NCBI GenBank assembly: GCA_044222475.1 | Contig: JBGANF010000005.1 | Span: 78,211 to 142,210 of the forward strand | Direction of reading: 5' to 3' | Source: Polyangiaceae bacterium | Lineage (GTDB): Bacteria > Myxococcota_A > Polyangia > Polyangiales > Polyangiaceae | DNA length: 64,000 nt | Part shown: piece after piece, positions 48,955-59,153 of the stretch | How the letters are laid out: each line of letters begins with the position of its first letter | How positions within the stretch are numbered: position 1 is the first letter of the stretch | The notes under the pieces: model-generated | What the model saw: the letters and a program-made list of their open reading frames with translations, nothing else | Databases searched by the model: none | What the model was told of the DNA's origin: nothing | Made by a program: the position numbers and the translations under genes

Positions 48955-49562
48955 ATCGCCGGCGGCTGTCGATCGCCCCGATCGCGTCGGTCGCTCTCTT
49001 CGTCGGCCTCTATGTCGTCGCCGCCGCGTCGTACCCCGGTGGTACGAGGGCCGAGCCGTCGCGCGTCGGGTTCAGCTTCGCCGACAACTACTGGTGCGAC
49101 GTACTCGACGGCACCACCTACGGCGGCGTGCCCAACCCGGCAGCGCCGATCGCGCTCGGCGCGACCGTGATCCTCGCCCTCGGGCTCGCCGTGCTCTGGT
49201 GGCTCGCTCCGGCGCTGTTTCCGGCAGCGCGCGTGCGCGCGTTCGTCGTTCGAGGCGCGGGCGTCGTGTCCGGTCTGGTCACGCCGCTCATCGCGACCAA
49301 GCACCACGATCTGGTCATCAACGTCGCGGTGCTCGCTGGCGCGCTCGCGTTCGTGATCGCGATGACCGCCGTGCGCGCTCGCGAAGGCCGGCACCTCGTC
49401 GCCCTTGCGGTGTTCGCGTTCGCCGCCGCGACGACGAACTTCGTGATGTGGCGCGCTGGATGGGAGCTCCACGCGCTGCCCCTCGTGCAGAAAGGCGCCT
49501 TTGCCTTCTTCCTCGCGTGGGTCCTCGCCTTCGCGCTCCGCGTGCGACGGGCCGTGCAGTGA
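48951..49562 (+). CDS. Membrane protein (DUF998-like)
   Basis: YPGG...FSFADNYWCD; six TMs; VQK. Confidence 0.7.
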   Translation: MNRRRLSIAPIASVALFVGLYVVAAASYPGGTRAEPSRVGFSFADNYWCDVLDGTTYGGVPNPAAPIALGATVILALGLAVLWWLAPALFPAARVRAFVVRGAGVVSGLVTPLIATKHHDLVINVAVLAGALAFVIAMTAVRAREGRHLVALAVFAFAAATTNFVMWRAGWELHALPLVQKGAFAFFLAWVLAFALRVRRAVQ

Positions 49563-49577
49563 GCTACCTTGGTAGTC

Positions 49578-50315
49578 ATGCGGCCTTCCCTCAGCCTCGT
49601 CACGGTGATCGTCCTCGGTGCGAGCGTCGCGTGCGGCACGAAAGGTGGGTCGTCGTTCGCCGACGCGGGTGACGACGGCAACGGCGGCCAAGACGCCGCC
49701 GAGGACGTCTTCGATCCCAACTTCGGCGACGCCACCACGAAGGACGCCTCGCCCAGCGACGCGAAACCGGTGGCGCCGAACCTGATCCAGAACGGCGACT
49801 TCGAGAAGGGAAACACCCTCTTCGGCTCCGACTACGCCTACGCGACGACCAACACCGTCGAAGGGCAATACACCGTCGGCACCAGCGGTCAGCTGTTCAA
49901 CGGCGCCCTCGTCAAGAACGGCGACCACACGAGCGGCACCACGCTCATGTTCATCGGAAACGGCAAGTCCACGCCCGATCGCGTGTGGTTCTCCAGCAAC
50001 CCGATCACGGTCAGCCCCAACACCGTTTACTACTTCGAGGCGTGGGTCATGAACCTGTGCTGCGCCAGCGGTCTGGGCAACGGCATCGACCCCGTCGGCC
50101 CGTCCGTCCTGTCGTTCTACGCGAACAACCAGCTCCTCGGCACTCGCACGTCGGCCAAGCTCGGCAAGTGGGAGCCGCTCACGACGAACTGGAGCTCCGG
50201 CTCGGACACGACCGTCACGCTCAAGCTCGTCAACGCGAACACCGACGCGCTCGGCAACGACTTCGCCGTGGACGACATCTACCTCGGTACCGAGACGTCG
50301 ATCCCGCCGAACTGA
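49578..50315 (+). CDS. Lipoprotein with carbohydrate-binding-like beta-sandwich
   Basis: VAC lipobox; NLIQNGDFE...GDHTSG...GNDFAVDDI. Confidence 0.75.
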   Translation: MRPSLSLVTVIVLGASVACGTKGGSSFADAGDDGNGGQDAAEDVFDPNFGDATTKDASPSDAKPVAPNLIQNGDFEKGNTLFGSDYAYATTNTVEGQYTVGTSGQLFNGALVKNGDHTSGTTLMFIGNGKSTPDRVWFSSNPITVSPNTVYYFEAWVMNLCCASGLGNGIDPVGPSVLSFYANNQLLGTRTSAKLGKWEPLTTNWSSGSDTTVTLKLVNANTDALGNDFAVDDIYLGTETSIPPN

Positions 50316-50873
50316 TCACCCCGGGCGCCAGCGCTCCCCGGTCTCGCAGCTGACGTGCTCGAGCGTGACGCCGCTCGCTCGCACGTCGAGGACCCCGAAC
50401 ACGATCGGCAGCTGAAACCGGCGCGGCCCGATCGATCCGGGGTTGAACATCGTGATCCCGCGGTCGCGCCCGATGAACGGCACGTGGGAGTGACCACACA
50501 CGACGAGCTTGGCGTCGGCCTTGGCGGCGAGCTTCGCGACGTCGGCGCGGAGCTTCGGTCCGATGACCGCGATGTGGGTGAGGAGCAGCGCGAGGTCGAA
50601 CCCTCGGCCTTCGATCCGCAGCGCGATGGCGCTGGGGAGCGCGGATTTTTCGTCGATGTTGCCGCGGACCGCCGTCAGCGGGGCGATCGCCGCGAGGTCG
50701 TCGAGCACCTGGTGATCGCCGACGTCACCGGCGTGCAGGATGTGGTCGGGGGCGAGCGCGCGGATCAGGCGTGCACTCTCGGGGTGGGGGCGCGAGTGCG
50801 TGTCCGCGACGACCGCGACCCGAACGTGGTCCGCCGAGGACGTGACGACGCGGTGTACGAGGGCTCCACCCAT
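50316..50873 (-). CDS. YfcE/MJ0936-family metallophosphoesterase
   Basis: ADTH, HAGD, RGNID, GHSHVP, NPGS. Confidence 0.9.
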   Translation of the reverse strand: MGGALVHRVVTSSADHVRVAVVADTHSRPHPESARLIRALAPDHILHAGDVGDHQVLDDLAAIAPLTAVRGNIDEKSALPSAIALRIEGRGFDLALLLTHIAVIGPKLRADVAKLAAKADAKLVVCGHSHVPFIGRDRGITMFNPGSIGPRRFQLPIVFGVLDVRASGVTLEHVSCETGERWRPG

Positions 50874-50879
50874 GGCGCG

Positions 50880-50892
50880 AAGATAGTACGAT
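50880..50892. promoter_or_regulatory. Back-to-back divergent -10 hexamers
   Basis: TATCTT (minus, 50880-85) and TACGAT (plus, 50887-92), each 6 nt from an ATG. Confidence 0.6.
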
Positions 50893-50898
50893 TCCCCC

Positions 50899-51837
50899 AT
50901 GAGCCACGCACGGGTCACGATCGACGCGGACGTCACGCCTCGGTTCACGGCGTGCTACTTGCGGCTCGCTGGCGACGAGTGCGCGTTCATCGAGGCGCAC
51001 ACCGCGCTCGCGCTGCCGCGCCTCCTCGCCGCGCTCGAAGCTCACGGGAAGAAGCCGGACGACGTTCGGTACGTGGTCGTCACCCACGCTCACCTCGATC
51101 ACGCGGCCGGGGCGAGCGCGCTGCTCGCGGCCTGCCCGCGCGCGACGCTCCTCGCCCATCCGCGAGCGGCGAAGAACCTGATCGACCCAGCGAAGCTCAT
51201 CGAGGGCGCGACTGCGGTGTACGGCGAGAAGCGCTTCCGAGACCTCTACGGGTCGATCGACCCGATCGACGGATCGCGGGTACGCTCCCTCGCCGACGGC
51301 GAGTCGTTCGAGCTCGGCGACGCGAAGCTCACGGTGTGGCACACGGCAGGGCACGCGTTTCACCACTTCGTCGTCGACGACCCGGCGACCGAGACGGTCT
51401 TCACCGGGGACACGTTCGGTCTCGTGTATCCGGCGCTGCAAGCTCACGGACGCTTCGTGATCCCGTCGACGAGCCCGACCGGCTTCCACGCGGTGGAGGC
51501 GCGAAAGAGCCTCGACAAGGTGCTGTCGCTCGGCGAGCGATTCGTCTGCCCCACCCACTTCGACGCCTACGAGGATCAGATGGCGATCGCCGGGCAGATG
51601 CGGCGCTTGCTCGACCGCGCCGAGGACTGGGTCGAAGAAGCCTCCCGCGGCGACGAGACGATCGCCGCGATGGAAGCTCGCCTGATGACCGAGTGGCGAG
51701 CCGCGATCGTCGAGGAGGCGCCTTCGCTCGGCCCCGACGAGCTGGCGCTCCTCGCCCTCGACGTGGAGCTCAACGCCCAGGGCCTCGCCCACGCCGCAAA
51801 CGCAATCCGTGCGCGTTCCTCCGGCGCCACAACCTGA
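50899..51837 (+). CDS. Metallo-beta-lactamase-fold hydrolase
   Basis: [24 protein letters not shown]. Confidence 0.92.
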   Translation: MSHARVTIDADVTPRFTACYLRLAGDECAFIEAHTALALPRLLAALEAHGKKPDDVRYVVVTHAHLDHAAGASALLAACPRATLLAHPRAAKNLIDPAKLIEGATAVYGEKRFRDLYGSIDPIDGSRVRSLADGESFELGDAKLTVWHTAGHAFHHFVVDDPATETVFTGDTFGLVYPALQAHGRFVIPSTSPTGFHAVEARKSLDKVLSLGERFVCPTHFDAYEDQMAIAGQMRRLLDRAEDWVEEASRGDETIAAMEARLMTEWRAAIVEEAPSLGPDELALLALDVELNAQGLAHAANAIRARSSGATT

Positions 51838-51871
51838 TACCGTAGCGGTCCCCATTTCGAAGGAACGTCCC

Positions 51872-53539
51872 GTGAGCGACAAGCTGATCCTCGACTACGT
51901 CTACGACCACGAAGAGAAGGACGCCGACCGCGTCTACCTGACTCAACCCACCGGCGGCGGCGCGGTGAAGGACTACACCTGGAAGGACGTCGTCGGTCAG
52001 GCGCGTCGGATGGCGACGCACCTGCGCGAGCTCGGGCTCGAGCCAGGCGACAAGGTGTCGATCCTCTCGAAGAACTGCGCCCACTTCTTCCTCGCGGAGC
52101 TCGCGATCTGGATGGGCGGCTTCACCACCGTCGCGATCTTCCCGACCGAGGGCGCAGACACGATCAAGTTCGTGCTCGAGCACAGCGGCGCGAAGGCGAT
52201 CTTCATCGGCAAGCTCGACTCCTGGAAGAACCAGGAAGCGGGCCTCCCCGAAGGCATCAAGCGCATCACGCTGCCGATGTCGCCGAAGACGGCCGGCGAG
52301 TCCTGGGACGACATCGTCGAGAAGACGAAGCCGATCGAGGGCCGCCCGGCGCGCAAGCCCGACGACGTCGCGATGCTCATCTACACGTCTGGCTCGACCG
52401 GTCAGCCCAAGGGCGTCATGCACGGCTTCGAGCGAATCACCCGCGCGTGCGAGGGCATCGTCAAGGAGCTGCACTACAACAGCGACGACCGTGCGCTCTC
52501 GTACCTGCCGCTCGCTCACGTGTTCGAGCGCGCCTACATCGAGTGCGCGAGCTTCATCGCATCCCCTCACATCTTCTTCGCCGAGTCGCTCGATACGTTC
52601 CTCGCCGACCTGCGGCGCGCCCGCCCGACCGTGTTCCTCTCGGTTCCGCGGCTCTGGCTCAAGTTCCAGCAGGGCGTCTTCACCAAGATGCCGCCCGGTC
52701 GGCTCTCGTTCCTCCTCAAGATCCCCATCCTCAGCGGCATCATCGCGAAGAAGGTGCTCACCGGCCTCGGGCTCGAGCACGTGCGGCTCGCGGGCAGCGG
52801 CTCGGCGCCGATCCCGGCCGAGCTCATCGCTTGGTACCGCAACCTCGGCCTGAACCTGCTCGAGGGCTACGCCATGACCGAGGACTTCGCGTACTCGCAC
52901 CTCTCCACGATGGACAAGACCGTCCCTGGTTACGTCGGCGTCCCGTACCCCGGCGTCGAGGTTCGCATCAGCGACGAGGGCGAAGTCCTCATCAAGTCGC
53001 TCGGGACGATGCTTGGATACTACAAGCGTCCGGATCTCGACAAAGAGGCCTTCACCGAGGACGGCTTCTTCAAGACGGGCGACAAGGGCGAGCGCCGCGA
53101 GGACGGTCTGCTCAAGCTCACCGGGCGCGTGAAGGAGCTCTTCAAGACGGCGAAGGGCAAGTACGTCGCGCCGGCTCCGATCGAGAACCACATCAACGAG
53201 CACCCGCTCATCGAGATCTCCTGCGTGTCCGGCGTCGGCAAGCCGGCCGCGTACGCGCTCGTCGTGCTCGCGGAGGACACGCGGAAGAAGCTCGCCGCTG
53301 GCGACGAGGAGCTGAAGAAGCACGTCGAAGAAGAGCTCACCGCGCTCCTCTCGAAGGTGAACGGCAAGATCGCCGAGTACGAGAAGCTTCAGATGTTCGT
53401 CATCGTGAAGGACCCGTGGTCGATCGAGAACGGGCTGCTGACGCCGACGTTGAAGCTCAAGCGAGCCAAGATCGAAGCGGCGGTGGAGCCCCTCGTCGAC
53501 GGCTGGTTCGAGTCGAAGTCGAAAGTGATCTGGACCTGA
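51872..53539 (+). CDS. Long-chain acyl-CoA synthetase (AMP-binding)
   Basis: YTSGSTGQPKG, SYLPLAH, EGYAMTE, FKTGD, GRVKELFKTAKGKYVAP, LTPTLKLKR; AAGGA SD. Confidence 0.95.
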   Translation: MSDKLILDYVYDHEEKDADRVYLTQPTGGGAVKDYTWKDVVGQARRMATHLRELGLEPGDKVSILSKNCAHFFLAELAIWMGGFTTVAIFPTEGADTIKFVLEHSGAKAIFIGKLDSWKNQEAGLPEGIKRITLPMSPKTAGESWDDIVEKTKPIEGRPARKPDDVAMLIYTSGSTGQPKGVMHGFERITRACEGIVKELHYNSDDRALSYLPLAHVFERAYIECASFIASPHIFFAESLDTFLADLRRARPTVFLSVPRLWLKFQQGVFTKMPPGRLSFLLKIPILSGIIAKKVLTGLGLEHVRLAGSGSAPIPAELIAWYRNLGLNLLEGYAMTEDFAYSHLSTMDKTVPGYVGVPYPGVEVRISDEGEVLIKSLGTMLGYYKRPDLDKEAFTEDGFFKTGDKGERREDGLLKLTGRVKELFKTAKGKYVAPAPIENHINEHPLIEISCVSGVGKPAAYALVVLAEDTRKKLAAGDEELKKHVEEELTALLSKVNGKIAEYEKLQMFVIVKDPWSIENGLLTPTLKLKRAKIEAAVEPLVDGWFESKSKVIWT

Positions 53540-53550
53540 GATCGGGCGTG

Positions 53551-54882
53551 GTGAAGCGCTCGATCGTCGCCTCCGTCCTCGTGGCCGCCGCGGCGTGCGG
53601 CGGCGACCCTGCCACCGAGCCCGCCGACGCGAGCACGACCGACGTCTCCACCCCCGACGCGATCACCGCCGACGCTCCGCCCAAGCCCGACGCCGGGCCG
53701 CGCGTCATCGACCCGAGCACGCTCACCGGCAAGCTCGTCCTCGGCTACCAGGGCTGGTTCATGTGCCCGGGCGACGGCGCCCCGCCCGATCGCTGGGTGC
53801 ACTGGTTTCGTGGCGCGCCCTACGACGCGACCAACGTCACGTTCGAGATGTGGCCGAGCACGAACGAGCTCGACGCCGACGAGCTCTGCCCCACCACGTT
53901 CACCTTTCCCAACGCTGCGCCCGCGCCGCTCTACTCGGCGTGGCGCGCGAAGACGGTCGACCGCCATTTTCGCTGGATGGAGGAGCACGAGCTCGACGGG
54001 GTCTTTCTCCAACGGTTCTCGTCCGAGCTCTCCGATCCCGCGTTCCTCGCCGCGCGCGATCAGGTCCTGAAGAACGTGATGGCCGCCGCCGAGAAGCACG
54101 GCCGCGTGTTCGCCATCGAGTACGACATCTCGGGCCAGAACCCGACGACGCTCGTCGCCGACCTCGAGAAGGATTGGCTCCACCTCGTCGACGATCTCGG
54201 CGTCCTGAAGAGCCCGCGGTACCTGCATCACAAGGGCAAGCCGGTGCTCGGCCTCTGGGGCTTCGGCTTCTCCGATCGGCCCGGCACGCCGCAGCAAGCG
54301 AACACGCTGATTGCCTATTTCAAGACCGGCCTCCCGGCCGAGAAGCAGGTCACGCTGATGGGCGGCGTCCCGCGCGAGTGGCGCAAGGACCCCACCTGGA
54401 TCGCGGTGACCCGAAGCTTCGACATCATCAACCCCTGGCTCGTCGGCGCCTTCGTCGACGACAACGGCGCGAACGCCTACGTAGCGACGATGACCGGCGA
54501 CATCGCCGACGCCAAGGCCAACGGGCGCGAGTTCATGCCGGTCGTGTTCCCCGGCTTCTCGTGGAAGAACCTGAACGCGGGCCCGCTCAACCAGATCCCG
54601 CGCCGAGCCGGCAAGTTCTACTGGCGCCAGATCTACAACGCGATCGCCGCCGGCAGCACGATGATGTTCGGCGCGATGTTCGACGAGGTCGACGAGGGCA
54701 CGGCCATCTACAAGACCGCGCCGACCGCCCAGGAGATGCCGGCGCAGGGCACGTTCCTCCCGCTCGACGCCGACGGCACGAAGCTCCCGAACGACTGGTA
54801 CCTGCGCGTGGCGAACCAGGGCGGCAAGATGCTCCGCAAGGAGATCGCGCTGACCTCGACGCTACCGATCACGCCGCCGTGA
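53551..54882 (+). CDS. GH71/GH99-like glycoside hydrolase lipoprotein
   Basis: AAAC lipobox; GYQGWF, FLQRF, YDISG, FPGFSW, AMFDEVDEGTAI. Confidence 0.8.
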   Translation: MKRSIVASVLVAAAACGGDPATEPADASTTDVSTPDAITADAPPKPDAGPRVIDPSTLTGKLVLGYQGWFMCPGDGAPPDRWVHWFRGAPYDATNVTFEMWPSTNELDADELCPTTFTFPNAAPAPLYSAWRAKTVDRHFRWMEEHELDGVFLQRFSSELSDPAFLAARDQVLKNVMAAAEKHGRVFAIEYDISGQNPTTLVADLEKDWLHLVDDLGVLKSPRYLHHKGKPVLGLWGFGFSDRPGTPQQANTLIAYFKTGLPAEKQVTLMGGVPREWRKDPTWIAVTRSFDIINPWLVGAFVDDNGANAYVATMTGDIADAKANGREFMPVVFPGFSWKNLNAGPLNQIPRRAGKFYWRQIYNAIAAGSTMMFGAMFDEVDEGTAIYKTAPTAQEMPAQGTFLPLDADGTKLPNDWYLRVANQGGKMLRKEIALTSTLPITPP

Positions 54883-54896
54883 TATGCTCTCCTCCG

Positions 54897-55265
54897 ATGG
54901 ACGCCGAAGAACGGGACAAGGTGTGTCAGTTGATCGAGGCCGTGATCGCCGCCGACGGAGTCGTCGACGAAGCCGAGCGCGAGTTCCTCAACAAGATCGT
55001 CGAGCGCTTCGGGCTCCCCGAGCGCGTCGCGCAGCCTCACACCGAGGCTGATTTCGGTCGTACGACCGGAACGCTGCGCAACCTCCCCGCCGACGTGCAG
55101 ACGCGCGTGATGGCGCTCCTCGTCGAGGCGGCGGTGGTCGACGGCAAGGTCGACCCGCAAGAGCGCGCGCTCCTCTTGGCGTCCGCGGCGACGCTCGGCA
55201 TCGAGGCGACCGCGCTCGAAGAGCGCATCGCGTGGCGCCTCCGGGCAAACTCGCCGGGGGCCTGA
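54897..55265 (+). CDS. TerB-family protein
   Basis: Two repeats: ADGVVDEAERE and VDGKVDPQERA. Confidence 0.85.
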   Translation: MDAEERDKVCQLIEAVIAADGVVDEAEREFLNKIVERFGLPERVAQPHTEADFGRTTGTLRNLPADVQTRVMALLVEAAVVDGKVDPQERALLLASAATLGIEATALEERIAWRLRANSPGA

Positions 55266-55356
55266 GGAGCTCCCGCCAACGCGCTTTCCTTTCGCCTGGC
55301 TGCACGCCTTGCGCGTCGCCGGTCAGGGTTCTCGTTGCCTCCGGGCGTCTCCGCCG

Positions 55357-55372
55357 GGGCACGCCGATTGCT
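55357..55372 (+). promoter_or_regulatory. sigma54 -24/-12 promoter
   Basis: GGGCACG-CCGA-TTGCT, 12 nt before ATG 55385. Confidence 0.65.
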
Positions 55373-55384
55373 TCGTCGCGGTCC

Positions 55385-56029
55385 ATGGGCGGGACCACGT
55401 CGGAGCCATCCCACCTCGACAAGTTTGGCGGCGTTTCGCTGATGCTCAGCGGCGCGCTGTTCCTCGTCAAGGCCATGCTGGACTGGCGGGCCGGGATGCC
55501 CCCGTCCAACGGCGCCGAGATCCTCGAGTGGACGACCTCGCATCAAGCCCTGCTCGCCTGGACGAACGAGGTCCTCTTCTTCGCGACGGGCATGCTCGTT
55601 CCCGGAGCGTTCGCGCTCTACGAGACGCTCGGAGCGAAGCACCCCCGAAGCGCATCCGTGGGATGCGGCATGCTCGCGCTCACGATCCCTCTCCTCGCCG
55701 CGCTCGACATCGTGCACGGGCGGCTCGTGTTCCCGGTGTTTGGGCTCTCGATTCGGAGCCCGGACGTCGCCGAGCTCGTCGTCGCGCTGTACCAAGGTGG
55801 GATCCACGCCGTCCTCCTGCTCTTCACCATCGCCACGATCGCGCTCAGCGTGGCGATGCTTCGTGCCGGCTTCGGTCGCGGAGTTGCGGCTCTCGGCTTC
55901 GTCACCGCCGCGCTCGACGTCGCTGGCTCGTATCCCTGGCTCATCGGCCCGGTTCCGACCCTGATTTGCGGCGTCTTCTTCGCCGGGTGGCTCGTCGTCG
56001 TCGGCGCGAGGCTGTACCGTCGGAGTTGA
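55385..56029 (+). CDS. Multi-pass membrane protein (DUF4386-like)
   Basis: About six TM helices. Confidence 0.7.
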   Translation: MGGTTSEPSHLDKFGGVSLMLSGALFLVKAMLDWRAGMPPSNGAEILEWTTSHQALLAWTNEVLFFATGMLVPGAFALYETLGAKHPRSASVGCGMLALTIPLLAALDIVHGRLVFPVFGLSIRSPDVAELVVALYQGGIHAVLLLFTIATIALSVAMLRAGFGRGVAALGFVTAALDVAGSYPWLIGPVPTLICGVFFAGWLVVVGARLYRRS

Positions 56030-56667
56030 TGGAACGGCTTCGACTCCACGGAACGCCTCTCTCCCACTTCACTCGCAAGATTCGGATCCTCCTCGCCGAG
56101 CTCGGCGTCGAGTTCGACTTCGTGCGCGCGGAGAACCTCCTCGCGACGGAGAGCGCGCCATACGGCGAGAATCCGCTGCTGCGAGTCCCAGCGCTCGTGG
56201 ATGGCGACGTCACGGTCGTCGACTCGGACCACATCGCGCGCTGGGTCGTCGGCAAGCACGACCCGAACGACCGGTTCGGCGTTCGCAGCGAGCGGGCCGA
56301 GGACCTCAACCGGCTCGCGGTCGTGAACGGAATCATGGACAACGAGGTCGTCCTCATCCTCGCGAAGCGCGGCGGGATCGACATCGCCTCCGGCGTGTAC
56401 TTCGGCAAGCTCGCGGCGGCGATCGACGGCGGCCTCGCGTGGCTCGAAGACCGGACCGATCCCGACGCAGCGACGTTCGACTACCGCGACATCGCCACGG
56501 TGTGCATGTGGCAACACGTCGTCCACTACGCGATGTTCCCCGGTCTGGAGCGCTACCCCCGAATCGCGTCACGCGTCGCGCGGTTCGCTGAGCGCGCGTC
56601 GGTCGCGAGCACGGCTCCGGCGATCTCGCTCGCCGAGGCCACCGCCGCTGGCTGGAGGCCGGCGTGA
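56029..56667 (+). CDS. Glutathione S-transferase family protein
   Basis: SHFTRKIRI, NPLLRVPAL, DSDHI, YRDIA; TGATG coupling. Confidence 0.88.
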   Translation: MERLRLHGTPLSHFTRKIRILLAELGVEFDFVRAENLLATESAPYGENPLLRVPALVDGDVTVVDSDHIARWVVGKHDPNDRFGVRSERAEDLNRLAVVNGIMDNEVVLILAKRGGIDIASGVYFGKLAAAIDGGLAWLEDRTDPDAATFDYRDIATVCMWQHVVHYAMFPGLERYPRIASRVARFAERASVASTAPAISLAEATAAGWRPA

Positions 56668-56702
56668 GTCGCCGAATATCGAAGCCCGACCTGCGTCCAA
56701 CG

Positions 56703-57227
56703 ATGATGCGTAGCGCAGCCCTTCTCGGCGTGATGCTCGCGGCGGTCGTCGCGTGTGCGGAGTCGGGCGCGCGGCCGCCGGATTCGCAGGTGTCGTTGCC
56801 GCCGCCGTCGCCATCTTCGTCGACCGCGACGACTCCGCCGCCCGCTGACACGTGCGGCGCGCAACCGCCGTATGCCAAGCCCACCATCGAGCCGACGTGC
56901 AGCGAGGTCACCCTGAAGAACGGGGACCACTGGCACGATCAGTTGACTCTGCAACTATCGTCCGGCGCGACGACTCGGATCGATTGTCCCCGCATGCGGT
57001 TCCGCGGGCAGGACACGCCGGTGTGCGTCGCCAAGGTCGTCGCCGGCCAGATGCGAGGCGCGTGTTGCCCGCCCGGCCACGGCGATCCGACCGATCCTGC
57101 GTGCGTCGCGGAGGGAAGCGTCGACGAGATGTTCAAGCGCCAGAAGGTCTGGGAGTGGTGCAGCAAGACCACGCCGCAATCGCGACCGTGCGAGCCGTGC
57201 GTGTGGGTCACCGGAGCGGAGCGCTAG
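56703..57227 (+). CDS. Cys-rich lipoprotein
   Basis: VVAC lipobox, Pro/Ser linker, about 10 Cys. Confidence 0.65.
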   Translation: MMRSAALLGVMLAAVVACAESGARPPDSQVSLPPPSPSSSTATTPPPADTCGAQPPYAKPTIEPTCSEVTLKNGDHWHDQLTLQLSSGATTRIDCPRMRFRGQDTPVCVAKVVAGQMRGACCPPGHGDPTDPACVAEGSVDEMFKRQKVWEWCSKTTPQSRPCEPCVWVTGAER

Positions 57228-57232
57228 ACCGC

Positions 57233-57796
57233 CTAGTCTCCGGCTTCCGCGCGCTGCTTCAGCGTGCGCAGCTGCTTGCGCTCCATGATCTCGTGCATGA
57301 CGCGCACGATCGGGCTGAGCAGCGTCGCCGCGAGCGTCGGCTCGTACTCGGCGCGGACCCGCACGAAGAGGCGCGTGGCGTCTCCACCGATCGGCTCGAG
57401 CGCAAACGCCCAGGTGGCTCGAGGGCCCGGAGGGGTGGGCTCTCCGGGCGGAGGCAGGGGCGTGCCGAGCACCATCGTGCGTGGGGCGTCCAAGACGAGC
57501 ACGGCGACGCCGCCAGGGTCGTCGGGTCGCATCGGCAGGAGGTCGCCGACGGCGAGGTTCTGCAGCTCGGGCACGATGTGATCGGCGCTCGCCACGCCCG
57601 CGTTGTCGAGCCGGTCGTAGCTGTACCAGCCGCCTCGGCGACAGCCCATCTGCACGAGCCACGGCCATATCCGGTCGGGGGGCGCGTCGATGTCGATGTG
57701 GTGCGTGGCCTGGGCCTTCGCCGCGGGCAGCACGTCGTCGCCGGGTAGCGCGCGGGCCTCGTCTTCCGGCGCGTGGCGGGGGTCGAGGAAGCTCAT
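57233..57796 (-). CDS. SRPBCC family protein
   Basis: IDIDAPPDRIWPWLVQMGCRRGGWYSYD...MERKQLRTLKQRAE. Confidence 0.85.
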   Translation of the reverse strand: MSFLDPRHAPEDEARALPGDDVLPAAKAQATHHIDIDAPPDRIWPWLVQMGCRRGGWYSYDRLDNAGVASADHIVPELQNLAVGDLLPMRPDDPGGVAVLVLDAPRTMVLGTPLPPPGEPTPPGPRATWAFALEPIGGDATRLFVRVRAEYEPTLAATLLSPIVRVMHEIMERKQLRTLKQRAEAGD

Positions 57797-59100
57797 GGGC
57801 GAGGAAGATCTACCACGGGGTCGAGGCGCGAGGTCGACCGGAAGACCGCGCCTTCCCCTTTGTTGCACTCCGCAAGGATCCAGAGCTCGTCCGGGAGCCT
57901 CACCGAGAGCGACTTCGCGCGGCAGCTCGATCCGGCTTCGGGCAACGCGAGCGCGACGGGTTGCGGCGTGCCGCCTTCGTCGAAGCGCACGAACCGGGGG
58001 TCGGCGCCCGGGCACGCGACGATCGCGTGGATGACGCCACTGGCGATCGCGGCGTCGACGAGGCGGCACTCGGGCTCGGCCTTCGCGCGGAATTTCAGCT
58101 CGCGGTGGGTGTCGCCCTCGATCACGAAGAGCGTCGCAGCGTGGCCTTTCCAGGCGATTTCGTCGCCGCCCATCGTCGCGCCCGCGAACGGAGTGCCGTC
58201 GTCTCGTGCCGGCGGCGGCCACACGAGGGCGACGGTTCCGAGCTCGCGCACGTGCGCGCGGAGCGAGCTCATCGACGGCCCGGTGCCCTTGACGAGCACG
58301 GTCGGTTTGAAGGGACCGCTCCCGGTCCGGCGCATGACGACGATGTTGCGAGGCTGAGCACCGGAGCGCCCGCTCATCGTACCAAGTAGGGACAACGCGT
58401 CGCCGCCGCTGCTCACGTCCCAAGCGACGAAGTTGGGGTCGAGGTCGAGGGTGGGCTGGTCGACCTTGCCGTCGCTCGTGAGGCGCGTGATCGACGTCCC
58501 GGGTCCTGGGGCCTCGAGCGGGCCGATGCCGCTCATCGCCCAGCCGCAGTTCGAGAACTGGCCGTCGACGAGGAGCGCGCTGCCCTGCCACGCGACGAAC
58601 CCGACGGGAGGAGCGGCGATGTCGCGCACCGCAGGTCCCGGCGTCCAGATGCCGGCGCGGCCGGTGAAGACCTTGGGCTCGTCGATCACGGCGCAGGGCT
58701 CGTCGTTGCGGCGGAACGCGAACAGGTCCGGCCATTGCCCGACGACGAGGAGCGAGTGCTTCTTCGGGACGAAGCCGGTGCCTTTCGCGAAGTCGGCGCC
58801 GGGCACGAGCGCGGCGTCGCCGTCGGCGGTGGCTTCGAGATCGCCGGTCGAGATCCAGACGCGCGATCCGAGGACGTCGATGCGGGCGGTCGGCGAAGCG
58901 AGGCCGTGACCCCGAGCGACGAGCGCGAGGGGCTTCGGGGCGCTGGTGGTGGCGACGTCGGGAGCGGCGTCCGCGATCGCGGCGGTCGAAGCGGATGGCG
59001 GTGGCACCGAGACGCCCGAATCCGCCGCCGGAGTGTCGCTCGAGCAATGCTTGCATCCTGCAAGCGAGAGGAGCGCGATCACCGCGACGACGTTCCGCAT
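57793..59100 (-). CDS. Hypothetical lipoprotein
   Basis: LAGC lipobox; 435-aa ORF. Confidence 0.7.
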   Translation of the reverse strand: MRNVVAVIALLSLAGCKHCSSDTPAADSGVSVPPPSASTAAIADAAPDVATTSAPKPLALVARGHGLASPTARIDVLGSRVWISTGDLEATADGDAALVPGADFAKGTGFVPKKHSLLVVGQWPDLFAFRRNDEPCAVIDEPKVFTGRAGIWTPGPAVRDIAAPPVGFVAWQGSALLVDGQFSNCGWAMSGIGPLEAPGPGTSITRLTSDGKVDQPTLDLDPNFVAWDVSSGGDALSLLGTMSGRSGAQPRNIVVMRRTGSGPFKPTVLVKGTGPSMSSLRAHVRELGTVALVWPPPARDDGTPFAGATMGGDEIAWKGHAATLFVIEGDTHRELKFRAKAEPECRLVDAAIASGVIHAIVACPGADPRFVRFDEGGTPQPVALALPEAGSSCRAKSLSVRLPDELWILAECNKGEGAVFRSTSRLDPVVDLPRP

Positions 59101-59153
59101 GGATGACGGAACGATAGCCGGTGTCGTCGCATTCCGGCTGCTATGATCGGGGC

